In this document: in pieces, positions 19,786-28,414 of the stretch
Position numbering within the stretch: the stretch's first letter is position 1
Layout of the letters: every line of letters starts with the position of its first letter
Virus record (IMG/VR): IMGVR_UViG_3300021420_000007
Span: 1-51,748 of that record
Reading direction: 5' to 3' (one strand)
DNA length: 51,748 bases
Source: a virus
Lineage: Duplodnaviria; Caudoviricetes
Position numbers and translations under genes: made by a program
The notes under the pieces: model-generated
What the model was told of the DNA's origin: nothing
The model's input: only the letters and a program-made list of their open reading frames with translations
Databases searched by the model: none

Positions 19786-21006
19786 ATGCCAAGTACTCTC
19801 GTAACTCCGCTGTTGATTTCCGTGCCGTGGGGCGTCGGCGCCGCGAATCCAACTTATATTAAGTTGCCGATTCCTGTGCCGTCACAGATTTCCACAACGA
19901 TCAATTCCGCGTCGTTCACAGATGGTTTCCCGCCGAACACCATGACCCCGGAAGCTTCAGGCGGCCTGCCATTTTTTGGCCAGGAAATGAACGGTATTCT
20001 GTGGATGATATCGGCCTACTGCGCTAATTTCGCGGCCGGCGCTCTGTCGCCTTATAACGCTACATTATCGGCTGACATTTCTGGTTACCCGGTTGGCGTC
20101 GTTCTTGTGAATGCCAACGGCGATGGTCTTTGGATCAATCAGGTAAGCGGTAATACGACCGATCCTGACACGGGCGGCGCGGGTTGGTTGCCGGCCGCTG
20201 GTGTCGGTGCGGCTGCGCAAGCGCTCGCATCGTCAAACGTGACGTTGACCGCGCTACAATCCGCATTGCCGTATGTCGCATTGTCGGGAACACTTGGCGC
20301 GAACGTCAACGTCGTATTTCCAACCAACGACGGGCAATCGTGGATCGTGTCGAATTCCTGTACGGGCGCTTTTACCGTGACAGCCAAAACGGCCGCGGGC
20401 ACGGGCGTTACAATTCCCGCGACAGGTACCACGGCGCCCACGTCGATTTATTGTGATGGCACGAATATACAAAATACGGGCGTCTCAACGGCGGGTCTTG
20501 CGCCGATCAACAGCCCTGCGTTAACCGGCACGCCGACGACGCCAACAGCAGGCGCTACTAGCAACACGACACAAATCGCCTCGACGGCTATGGTGCAAGC
20601 GGCGATTACGGCCGCATTGTCGCTGTATGCGCTCAAGGCTTCGCCGATATTCTCAGGTACGCCGACTGCACCGACGCCAGCCGCCAATGACAATTCACTC
20701 AAGCTCGCGACGACACAGTATGTTGACCGGGCCGTCACCGGCACTAGCTCGCTGACAGGTAACGGATATGAAATCCGGCCGAGCGGTGTCATCGAGCAAT
20801 GGGGTTATGCGGGACCATCCTCAGGCGGCGGCCAGGTCGTTACATTTCCGATCCCATTTCCAACGGCGTGTTTTGCAATCGTTGCGACAGCTTCACCGAG
20901 CAATGGCACTATCAACGTGTCCAATCCTGCATCGAGCCGCACACAATTCACTCTCACCAATGGAGCTTCGGGTAATTTTACCTCGTGGCGTGCAATAGGG
21001 CATTGA
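19786..21006 (+). CDS. Tail fibre protein
   Basis: ASFTDGFPP..GQEMNGIL N-terminus, SPALTGTPTTPT repeats, C-terminal PSGVIEQWG..FPIPFPTAC..WRAIGH. Confidence 0.88.
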   Translation: MPSTLVTPLLISVPWGVGAANPTYIKLPIPVPSQISTTINSASFTDGFPPNTMTPEASGGLPFFGQEMNGILWMISAYCANFAAGALSPYNATLSADISGYPVGVVLVNANGDGLWINQVSGNTTDPDTGGAGWLPAAGVGAAAQALASSNVTLTALQSALPYVALSGTLGANVNVVFPTNDGQSWIVSNSCTGAFTVTAKTAAGTGVTIPATGTTAPTSIYCDGTNIQNTGVSTAGLAPINSPALTGTPTTPTAGATSNTTQIASTAMVQAAITAALSLYALKASPIFSGTPTAPTPAANDNSLKLATTQYVDRAVTGTSSLTGNGYEIRPSGVIEQWGYAGPSSGGGQVVTFPIPFPTACFAIVATASPSNGTINVSNPASSRTQFTLTNGASGNFTSWRAIGH

Positions 21007-21007
21007 T

Positions 21008-21277
21008 ATGAACGAAGTTTCAAACGAAGCCATAATGGGCGTATTGCTCGATATCAAGGGCGATATCGGCGAACTCAAAGGCCATGTGACAAGTACGCAG
21101 AGCGCACTTGCCGCGCACGTCATAGACGACCAACGGTTAGGCGAAGCTGTGCAGCGGTTACAAATCACACAGGCCAAACAGCGCGGATTCGTCGCGGCGC
21201 TATCCACGGTCGGCGCGGTCCTAGGCGCGGGCCTTGGAGCCGCAGTCGACTACTTTTCGCGCGGTGGCCACCATTGA
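21008..21277 (+). CDS. Putative holin/membrane protein (coiled coil plus C-terminal TM)
   Basis: Hydrophobic C-terminus; directly upstream of the endolysin. Confidence 0.55.
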   Translation: MNEVSNEAIMGVLLDIKGDIGELKGHVTSTQSALAAHVIDDQRLGEAVQRLQITQAKQRGFVAALSTVGAVLGAGLGAAVDYFSRGGHH

Positions 21278-21735
21278 ACCTCATTGATTTCGTCAAAGCT
21301 CGTGAGGGCCGCGCGACTGACAACCACGATGGCACGGTTACGGCGTACCTAGATACCAATGCCAAGCCGCCAGTGCCGACCATTGGTTATGGGACGACAG
21401 GCCCCGAAATCGTGCTTGGCCTCATATGGACCTACGCGCAGTGCGATGCGGCCCTAGCCGTCAAACTCGACCGTGCCCGGGCGCAGCTTCTCGCGCTGTC
21501 GCCCAGCGTGACATGGCCGGCCGGCGCTCAAGACGCACTGACAGATTTCGTTTATAACGAAGGCTCAGGCAATTACCAGCATTCAACCGTGCGTAAATGC
21601 GTCGAGGCAGGCGATTGGGCCGGAGTCCGTGCCCATCTACTCGACTGGGAATTTGCAGGCGGGAAGCGTCTAGGCGGCCTCGTAACACGCCGCGTGGATG
21701 AGACAGCTATGATCGGCATTACATCTGCGGTATAA
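21274..21735 (+). CDS. Endolysin, GH24 lysozyme
   Basis: EG…AYLD…PTIGYG, FVYNEG and GLVTRR motifs. Confidence 0.88.
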   Translation: MNLIDFVKAREGRATDNHDGTVTAYLDTNAKPPVPTIGYGTTGPEIVLGLIWTYAQCDAALAVKLDRARAQLLALSPSVTWPAGAQDALTDFVYNEGSGNYQHSTVRKCVEAGDWAGVRAHLLDWEFAGGKRLGGLVTRRVDETAMIGITSAV

Positions 21736-21768
21736 TCCGCGGCGTTCGTTTCATCAGGAGATTATGAC

Positions 21769-22089
21769 ATGTCCAACAACAACCCATTCGCAAATGTGAA
21801 AGCTACTGAAGCTGCTGTTGAGGGCGCGCTGTCCAAGGCTGCCGCTTTCGTGACCGCTGAGACGCCTATCGTAAAAGCAGACATTGCGACCATTAAGGCG
21901 GATGTATCTCAAGCCGCTGTCGTCGCTAAGGCCGACCTGACGAAAGTCAAAGCCGCGCTGTCGACGGCCAAGACCGACGTAGTCGTTACGCAGAGCAAGC
22001 TAGCCGCGTTCATCAAGAACAACGCCGGCAAGATTGCAACGAGTTTGCTCGTGGCTGGCGGTTTGGTCATTTGGCACTTCCTGAAATAA
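21769..22089 (+). CDS. Ala/Lys-rich protein with C-terminal TM anchor
   Basis: Strong SD (AGGAG), TATAAT at about 21731 upstream, hydrophobic C-terminus. Confidence 0.65.
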   Translation: MSNNNPFANVKATEAAVEGALSKAAAFVTAETPIVKADIATIKADVSQAAVVAKADLTKVKAALSTAKTDVVVTQSKLAAFIKNNAGKIATSLLVAGGLVIWHFLK

Positions 22090-22292
22090 TTCAGGCTCGC
22101 GATATACGCGATTGGCTAGTCATGGGGCTAGTTACAATCGCGTGGATCGCTGCGACTGTGTTTCTGTACAAGTTCCACAGCGACATGAATTTCGCCACGT
22201 GGGCCACGTTTTCGGCCACGATTACCGGCGTGTATCATTGGCTCACTGTGCATGACGACAAAACCCCGGACTGCAACCATGACGCCAATTAA
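22071..22292 (+). CDS. Putative 2-TM holin
   Basis: Two hydrophobic segments and a charged tail; within the lysis cassette. Confidence 0.55.
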   Translation: MALPEIIQARDIRDWLVMGLVTIAWIAATVFLYKFHSDMNFATWATFSATITGVYHWLTVHDDKTPDCNHDAN

Positions 22293-22737
22293 GCTCTATT
22301 CGTATCTTGCCGTTATTCTACTTGCGGCCGGTCTGTTCGGCGGCTATACGCTGCACGAACGGCATGTGCAGCATGCGAAGGACATAGCCGCGGCGGCCCG
22401 TGTCGTCGCGAAAGATAATGCAATTGTCGCTGCCGATGATTCTCACGCTCAAACTACAGAGACTCAAAATGCGCTTATTTATAAACAGGTTGTTTCAATT
22501 CCTGCCGTTGCTGATATTGGCCTCGTGTGCGAGCGCGCCGCCGGTAGTGTTCCACTGCCCTCGGCCGACGCCGTCGCAACAGCCCCAACTAGAGACGACG
22601 CCGCCCAGCGTGGAGTCAGACCAAGCTACAATCCTTCAGGGGCCATCCTCACTCGCGCCCGTGACGCCGACGCCGAAATAGCATATTTGCAGCGCCGTGT
22701 GGCAGAACTTAAAAAGCAGATGAACGACGCGCCTTAG
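22252..22737 (+). CDS. i-spanin (Rz-like)
   Basis: N-terminal TM followed by helical regions; contains an embedded lipoprotein ORF; start possibly 22279. Confidence 0.75.
   Translation: MTTKPRTATMTPIKLYSYLAVILLAAGLFGGYTLHERHVQHAKDIAAAARVVAKDNAIVAADDSHAQTTETQNALIYKQVVSIPAVADIGLVCERAAGSVPLPSADAVATAPTRDDAAQRGVRPSYNPSGAILTRARDADAEIAYLQRRVAELKKQMNDAP
22469..22681 (+). CDS. o-spanin (Rz1-like lipoprotein) embedded in Rz
   Basis: MRLFINRLFQFLPLLILAS-C lipobox; Pro-rich mature part; +1 frame inside Rz. Confidence 0.75.
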   Translation: MRLFINRLFQFLPLLILASCASAPPVVFHCPRPTPSQQPQLETTPPSVESDQATILQGPSSLAPVTPTPK

Positions 22738-23249
22738 TTACATTCAAAGCGGCGTAAATATTCTACCGCTCGCATGAGGCCGGCGAGATTATCGCCCAAG
22801 TTTCCGATGGCTAAATTACACGGTCCGCATAGCCACCCCCGAAAAATTTTTGTTTTGTGGCAGTGGTCTAACGCAAAACCTCGCGAAGTAGAAGGACGCT
22901 GGCAGCATTCGCAATTTATAGGTTCCGGTCGTGTTGGCTCAGGCAGTCCCATTTTTTCCCGTCGATGCGCGCGACTTTGAAGTTTCTTTTTCTCACCGTA
23001 CAATAATTTATATTTAGCATTATACGCCGCAGTGTATGCGCGTCCTTCAGGGCTAGCTCGCCACATTCGTTGTCGTTCGTTTAATTTATCGCGATTGCGT
23101 TGTTGATGGCCAGCGCGCCAAGCTTTATGTTTCTGTGTTTTACGGTGTTCTCGCGCCTTCGCCGCCCTAACTCCATTTGCCGTAACGGGGACCGCGCCAT
23201 CCTCCGCGGGCGAATATCGGCCATCCTTTTGCATAGGTCGGTAAGTCAT
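22734..23249 (-). CDS. Endonuclease VII-family (HNH-like) free-standing endonuclease
   Basis: CECC…LDHCH…RGWLCGPCNLAIG motif; SD AGAGG 9 nt upstream. Confidence 0.85.
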   Translation of the reverse strand: MTYRPMQKDGRYSPAEDGAVPVTANGVRAAKAREHRKTQKHKAWRAGHQQRNRDKLNERQRMWRASPEGRAYTAAYNAKYKLLYGEKKKLQSRAHRREKMGLPEPTRPEPINCECCQRPSTSRGFALDHCHKTKIFRGWLCGPCNLAIGNLGDNLAGLMRAVEYLRRFECN

Positions 23250-25419
23250 TCATGCATGCCTCTAATTGCTCAACCGTAGTATTATACTGCATACCTTGCT
23301 CTATCACAATTTCATCATAGGTATGCATTACTATATTAAGCCCTTCGGCGGCACAATTCTCCATCCCGTGCATCATGATATCGCGCGCAGTGCCGCCGGT
23401 CGCGTTCTGCGTGAGCACGCCGCCGTACAAATCCATTTGTATCCACGCGGGCGGGCCCTTTTCGGGGTTCGTGTTCCAGCCCCAATAGGTAAGCGCGAGT
23501 TCCCACGGGCTCGCCCATTGCCGCGTGGCCGGCGCGAGGCGCGGAGTGTGGTACTGAATAAATCGGCCGCTCGGCAATACCATGTACAGACAATCATCAG
23601 AGCCAAGCTGAAACAATATAAGCCCTACGCGGAAGCACTGCCCGGGATTCTGCACGGCGCGAATTGCGGCGCCCTCAAGGCCGTACAGTTCCTCTCGCTC
23701 GGGTTCATAACTGCCGTCCGGCGCGCGATTGAATTTGTTGCGTGTCTGGCCGCCCCAAAATTCAACCGTGTTGGGAACAGTACTACGGTAATCGAGGATA
23801 GCCGCCTTAATTTCAGCATCGCTGTCATAATATTCGTCCGCGCCAAATTTCTTCCATCCATTGATCCATGACGCATAACCGCCGCTCAATTTTGCTAGCT
23901 TACCTTGCTGGCGGAGCGGATGGTGCTTGCCGCCTTTGATCGATAGAAGGCGGCCCGCGGCGTCATACGTGGCTATGCCACCCGTGTCAGTTCGATGTTT
24001 GACGAAGTCCTCAAATGGTACGCCGGTCATGCGCGCAATCTGCGCTTCGTAAATCATGCCGTGCGTATGATGCACGTCGAGCACCCATTGTTCACCCGCG
24101 AGTGCGGCAAGTACCACATCCTCAATTGCGGAATAATCTGACGATACGAGTTGCATGCCAGGGCCGGCCACGAACAGCGAACGCAAGCAATTGTTGACCA
24201 CATCGAGAGCGCCAAGATTCGGATAAGTCGCCTCAACCGCCGCGAGGCTCCGTGTAGCTATAACAGCCAAGGCGGCGTCTACTTCTTCGGGCGTATGCCA
24301 GTCGCCCTTGTATAAATTCGCCGGCTGTGGACCATACCCACCTGTCCGGCCGTGGTGCGTGGCGTGCATCATGTACATACCGTGCACTCGGCCATCGCTC
24401 GCAGTCATGGCGCGCAGAGCATACAATTTTTTGACGCTCGCACTGCCGAGCAATTGGCGAATGGTAAGAGCGCGCAGCACGGGCAGGTTTCTGTGAGGCT
24501 CAAGCGGCCCGGGCGTTAGACGCTCAATCATCGCGTCAATTGTTTTTTCGGTCATGTCATACATGTCGACGCCGCGCGCTGCGCACCAGCCTTTAAGCTG
24601 TTGCAGTTCAGTCGGTTCAATGCCGCCTGTTAATGTGCGGAATTCTTCGCCGTAACGATGGTACGATTGCTCAACGATGGATATGCAATCCTCAATGCCC
24701 TTGGAATCAACCGCCATACCGCGGTCATTGATTTGCTGATCGAGAAACCATCGGCGCTGCTCATCGGGCGGCAAATTGGGCACGCGCTCGGACACCTGAT
24801 ACTCGCTGCGTATGTCCGTTAGATTGTAGGCTTTGTATTTCGCCCATTCTTCAGGTGCTTCATGCGGTAGTGTAATGACGCGTGAATCTTTCTTAGTCGG
24901 CTGTCGCGGAATGCTGAACAGCTTCATGAGCCGGCCGCCGTCCTTGTCCTTTTTGATAGGCGTGTCAAGAACTTCAACCACGTTGGCGAGTTTACCCGGA
25001 TAGCCGGCCGCGCGGCATTTGACTGCGCTGCACCGCTGTTGCTCGATATGCAGGCGCGGCCAGTGCCATTTCGGCACACAAAAATAGTTCCACGCTTCGC
25101 GCTCGAATTCGGCATTGTGCGATTCGAGCAAGCCGCCGCGCTCGACGTGGTCGAACAGCGGCGCGAGTATGTCGAAAGACTGGCCGTATTCCCACTGGAC
25201 GGCAAACGCGCCGCCGTACTGTGGCATCAAATCATAAGCGAGTAACTGCGGGTAGAACGTCTCATGTTCGACGTAGACGCGCGTGCCGACAGCTTCAAGG
25301 CCGCGTTTTTGATTAGAGAAGCCGGGTAGCGATTCCCAACGTCCTAAGTTATCGTCGGCCGGACACGTCCATGTGTAGCCGGCAAATGACACAGTTTCAA
25401 AATCAGCTACAGGTATCAT
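23167..25419 (-). CDS. DNA polymerase, family A, with 3'-5' exonuclease
   Basis: ADFET and HNAEFE exonuclease motifs; DYSAIE (motif A), RQQGK…GY (motif B), HTYDE (motif C). Confidence 0.92.
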   Translation of the reverse strand: MIPVADFETVSFAGYTWTCPADDNLGRWESLPGFSNQKRGLEAVGTRVYVEHETFYPQLLAYDLMPQYGGAFAVQWEYGQSFDILAPLFDHVERGGLLESHNAEFEREAWNYFCVPKWHWPRLHIEQQRCSAVKCRAAGYPGKLANVVEVLDTPIKKDKDGGRLMKLFSIPRQPTKKDSRVITLPHEAPEEWAKYKAYNLTDIRSEYQVSERVPNLPPDEQRRWFLDQQINDRGMAVDSKGIEDCISIVEQSYHRYGEEFRTLTGGIEPTELQQLKGWCAARGVDMYDMTEKTIDAMIERLTPGPLEPHRNLPVLRALTIRQLLGSASVKKLYALRAMTASDGRVHGMYMMHATHHGRTGGYGPQPANLYKGDWHTPEEVDAALAVIATRSLAAVEATYPNLGALDVVNNCLRSLFVAGPGMQLVSSDYSAIEDVVLAALAGEQWVLDVHHTHGMIYEAQIARMTGVPFEDFVKHRTDTGGIATYDAAGRLLSIKGGKHHPLRQQGKLAKLSGGYASWINGWKKFGADEYYDSDAEIKAAILDYRSTVPNTVEFWGGQTRNKFNRAPDGSYEPEREELYGLEGAAIRAVQNPGQCFRVGLILFQLGSDDCLYMVLPSGRFIQYHTPRLAPATRQWASPWELALTYWGWNTNPEKGPPAWIQMDLYGGVLTQNATGGTARDIMMHGMENCAAEGLNIVMHTYDEIVIEQGMQYNTTVEQLEACMNDLPTYAKGWPIFARGGWRGPRYGKWS

Positions 25420-25524
25420 CTAGAATGGAATGCAATTTTCATCGCAATACGGCCACGAGAGACGTCCGTCGGGCAACGTTAATATCTCATGGCCGTCGCA
25501 ACAATACCGCTTCGCCGGCTCCAG
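25420..25524 (-). other. 34-codon in-frame continuation of the SSB gene past its TGA, ending CDENCIPF-TAG
   Basis: Hand translation: LEPAKRYCCDGHEILTLPDGRLSWPYCDENCIPF*; its TAG directly abuts the polymerase ATG. Confidence 0.5.
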
Positions 25525-26484
25525 TCAACCTGTATACCCGTCCACGCGCAATTGATCGATTGTCCAGCCTCTTGCCAGATAGGAATCAATCGGGAAGCCC
25601 TTATGCGAAGGGCGCGTAGCGGGTGGTTGCGGAGGCATGGCGGTTGCAGCGGGCGCGGCCGGAACGGTGGGTATAGTAGGTATCCCCATAATGGCTGGCG
25701 CGGGCACAACGGCCGTAGGGGCGGCAGCGGGCGGCACAGCAGCCGGAAGCGCCACGTACGGCGCAGGCGCAGTAGCCGGAAGCGCCGCAGAAAGCGCAGG
25801 AGCGGCCGGCACGGCGGGCGCAACAAAGCCTGCCGGAGGCGTGAGTGACGCGCCAGGAGGCAGAGCGCCGCCGAATTTGCCCTTTACATCGACTCCCGCC
25901 GACTCGATCCGTTTACCATAGCCTTTCAGGCCGACGGCCGCATGATTAAGGTAAATTCCAGGCGAATTACCTGTGTTGCCGGCCATTGTGCCAGCAACCT
26001 GCACATAGTCGCCTGGCAGCACGGCGTTTGGGGTGTCGAGCGCGGGCGGGTTCTCGACGTTGCGGGACGCATCATAAATCTTCGGTGCAAACTGCGAGGA
26101 AAATTTCAAGATCCAGCAACCCTTGTGGCCTTCACGGTCGCAGGGCGCAACCTTAGATTTGCTCTTAGGCGGAATGCGTGTCGAGTCGCCATCGGTAATC
26201 TTCCATGAGAATTCTGGCGCCATAGCGGGCGACTTGTCGCCGCCCGCAAACGCTGCGTGAGCAGTCGCCCACGCAAGTTGGCCCCAACCCGGCTCATTGG
26301 CGAAGTGCGCCTGCGTCTTTGGGACGGCCACGCCGAAGTCGTACATCACATACGGTTTACCGGCGTCAACACCCTTTTTATAAACGAGGGGATTGCCGTC
26401 AAAGTCCGTGTCGCGCGGCTCGTACAATGAACCCCAAACAAGCTGCCCTGGCGGCGTGGTGAATTCTACTGCTTTAGTCGTCAT
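25525..26484 (-). CDS. Single-stranded DNA-binding protein (DUF2815-like) with Pro/Ala-rich linker
   Basis: FTTPPGQLVWG, FSWKITDGD, GDYVQV and GIYLN motifs; lies between the nuclease and polymerase genes. Confidence 0.75.
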   Translation of the reverse strand: MTTKAVEFTTPPGQLVWGSLYEPRDTDFDGNPLVYKKGVDAGKPYVMYDFGVAVPKTQAHFANEPGWGQLAWATAHAAFAGGDKSPAMAPEFSWKITDGDSTRIPPKSKSKVAPCDREGHKGCWILKFSSQFAPKIYDASRNVENPPALDTPNAVLPGDYVQVAGTMAGNTGNSPGIYLNHAAVGLKGYGKRIESAGVDVKGKFGGALPPGASLTPPAGFVAPAVPAAPALSAALPATAPAPYVALPAAVPPAAAPTAVVPAPAIMGIPTIPTVPAAPAATAMPPQPPATRPSHKGFPIDSYLARGWTIDQLRVDGYTG

Positions 26485-26552
26485 GTCTCAAAAACTCCTG
26501 CTGTGGTTAATCGTTGCCCTTGCCCCGCTATATAGTTGCGGCTCCTAGCGGG

Positions 26553-26900
26553 TTAGGTAGCTTCTGCGGGCGTAGTGGGCGGCTGCGCGTCCGCGCCGGT
26601 TGGTGTATTGCTGTTGTCGGCCGTCGCGTCTGTCTGTGCGGCTTCAGCGCCTTCGCTCGGCGTATCATTGGCGGCCTTCGGCGGCGTCGGTATGCCGTAC
26701 ATCAGCACGTGCTTGATTGCCCAAAATGACGCTTCTTCAATGGCCTTGCGCGCGTGTTCCATTGGTACAGACGTGAGCCGCTGCCCATCGTCGTTTTTGT
26801 GCTGCAAGGTATTGAGATATTCGTGCAGCGAATTGAACACAGATCCAATCTGCGCGGCGGCAACCTGCCGTTCCGGGGTAATCGTTTGTGGCTCTGTCAT
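26553..26900 (-). CDS. Acb2/Tad1-like helical hairpin protein (candidate nucleotide sponge)
   Basis: MEHARKAIEEASFWAIKHV resembles the A.T.LEEA..WA motif of that family. Confidence 0.45.
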   Translation of the reverse strand: MTEPQTITPERQVAAAQIGSVFNSLHEYLNTLQHKNDDGQRLTSVPMEHARKAIEEASFWAIKHVLMYGIPTPPKAANDTPSEGAEAAQTDATADNSNTPTGADAQPPTTPAEAT

Positions 26901-28012
26901 GTCTTGAAACTCCGTGTTTTGGTTGAATCAGGGACTAACTTAAAAGCCCCGTTAGGTCGGGCAGAATATTCGGAAATGACACGGGCGTCAAGTATTTTCC
27001 GGTCACGTGCTTGCGTCGGCGTAATGGGTTTAGCGGGTGCCATGATAGTTTTGCCATTAAGTTGTGCAACCATTTCGACAACGGCAATATCACCCATCCA
27101 CGCAAGCCGCCCTATCGTTTGTTCGAATGAGAAATACGGTACACGCTTGCCTTGCCGGATCATAGCTTCGGCAAGTGCGGACAGTCCCGTTTCGCGCGCC
27201 TCAAGCCGCTTGATGAACTCTTGCACAATTTTAAGTTCGCGGCCTACGTCCTCCGGCGTGGATACCATTGGATCGGCACGTCCCGCAAAATCAATAGCGT
27301 TGCCAATCGTCTTACGATACGTGTCACACGTCGCACGGGCAGGGCAGTACGTGCAATGCGTGCCGCTCATGACGCGCGGATTGGGCCCTTCAGCCTCGGC
27401 AACAGCCAAACGCATACACTCGGCATAATGCCAAAGCTCCTGCGTTTGAATCGACCATGTGCGTATTGGATTGCCGTTGTAATAACGCGGCTGCACTACA
27501 GTCATTTCGATCTTAACGCCGGGATCGTTGAAAACGCCAAGTTCGTCGGCCACGCCTACGGCATAACTTAGCATTTGCCAATTCTCGAATTCGTCCACGA
27601 AACCATGGCCATATTTATAATCCGCCACGCGGATAGTTTTCGTGACTGCCGCCCATTGTCGCGCATCAGGAGTGCCCCAACATTTGGTCGGATGAATGCG
27701 TTTGATTTGCACGGTCTGTTCGAGCTTGGCTGGATAACCTTCCAACGCTTCAGCCCATAGCGCCGCGCCATCAATCATTTCCTCGGTTACCTCAACGCCA
27801 TTGGATGCAATCGCGCCCACGATGAATGGCGCCAGATTAACATTACCGACGGCAGCGGCATAACGCTCTGCAACCTCGTGGCCAGCGTCGCCTTCGCGAC
27901 TTGCTTCTGTCTCTGGTTCGGGCGGCAGTAGACTGGCTTGTTTTTTCCAGCCCGGACACGCAACCGTCAAGTACATTGAGGACGGAGCCCACGGGGCATG
28001 CATTTCGGTCAT
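26897..28012 (-). CDS. DUF2800/Cas4-like PD-(D/E)xK exonuclease
   Basis: APSS..CPG, EGDAGH, GTPD, DYKYG, QMLSYA, VQPR and HCTYCPARATC motifs. Confidence 0.88.
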   Translation of the reverse strand: MTEMHAPWAPSSMYLTVACPGWKKQASLLPPEPETEASREGDAGHEVAERYAAAVGNVNLAPFIVGAIASNGVEVTEEMIDGAALWAEALEGYPAKLEQTVQIKRIHPTKCWGTPDARQWAAVTKTIRVADYKYGHGFVDEFENWQMLSYAVGVADELGVFNDPGVKIEMTVVQPRYYNGNPIRTWSIQTQELWHYAECMRLAVAEAEGPNPRVMSGTHCTYCPARATCDTYRKTIGNAIDFAGRADPMVSTPEDVGRELKIVQEFIKRLEARETGLSALAEAMIRQGKRVPYFSFEQTIGRLAWMGDIAVVEMVAQLNGKTIMAPAKPITPTQARDRKILDARVISEYSARPNGAFKLVPDSTKTRSFKT

Positions 28013-28224
28013 AGAGGCGCCCGAGTAACGCTGATTGGTGTGTGTTCCCGCTCCTCGAATGTTTCCACGATGCGACGGACAACGAAATGCTCGTCAACAA
28101 TCTGTGTCGCCGTTGCGAATGTTAAATTTTCCGCAATGACCGTCGGCCCCGAGGCAATCCGGTAGCCATTCGCGCTGTCAGGTTGGGCGACAACTACCCA
28201 AATCGTTTTGTCAGTTCTAAGCAC
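28009..28224 (-). CDS. Hypothetical protein
   Basis: ORF coupled within the leftward operon. Confidence 0.55.
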   Translation of the reverse strand: MLRTDKTIWVVVAQPDSANGYRIASGPTVIAENLTFATATQIVDEHFVVRRIVETFEEREHTPISVTRAPL

Positions 28225-28414
28225 TTCGCTTGCTCCTAGCTATCTGTTGTTCAACCGTCGGCTCATATTCGACACACGTGGCAACCACGTACCCTAAATG
28301 CGTTCCGTCAATCGGATTGACCCATCGGTACGTGTTGCCTTGCACGTGCTCAGCCGCTACTCCCGCACGGAAATAGTACCGGGCGGGCGGGTTGGAACTC
28401 ACGAAGCTAAGCAC
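28217..28414 (-). CDS. Hypothetical protein
   Basis: ORF coupled within the leftward operon. Confidence 0.55.
   Translation of the reverse strand: MLSFVSSNPPARYYFRAGVAAEHVQGNTYRWVNPIDGTHLGYVVATCVEYEPTVEQQIARSKRSA

Noticed and set aside
19786-21006. Diversity-generating retroelement or invertible tail-fibre switch
   Set aside because: No reverse transcriptase, invertase or template-repeat copy seen.
26897-28012. Cas4-like gene as part of a CRISPR system
   Set aside because: No array or other cas genes are present; DUF2800 nucleases are routine in phage replication operons.
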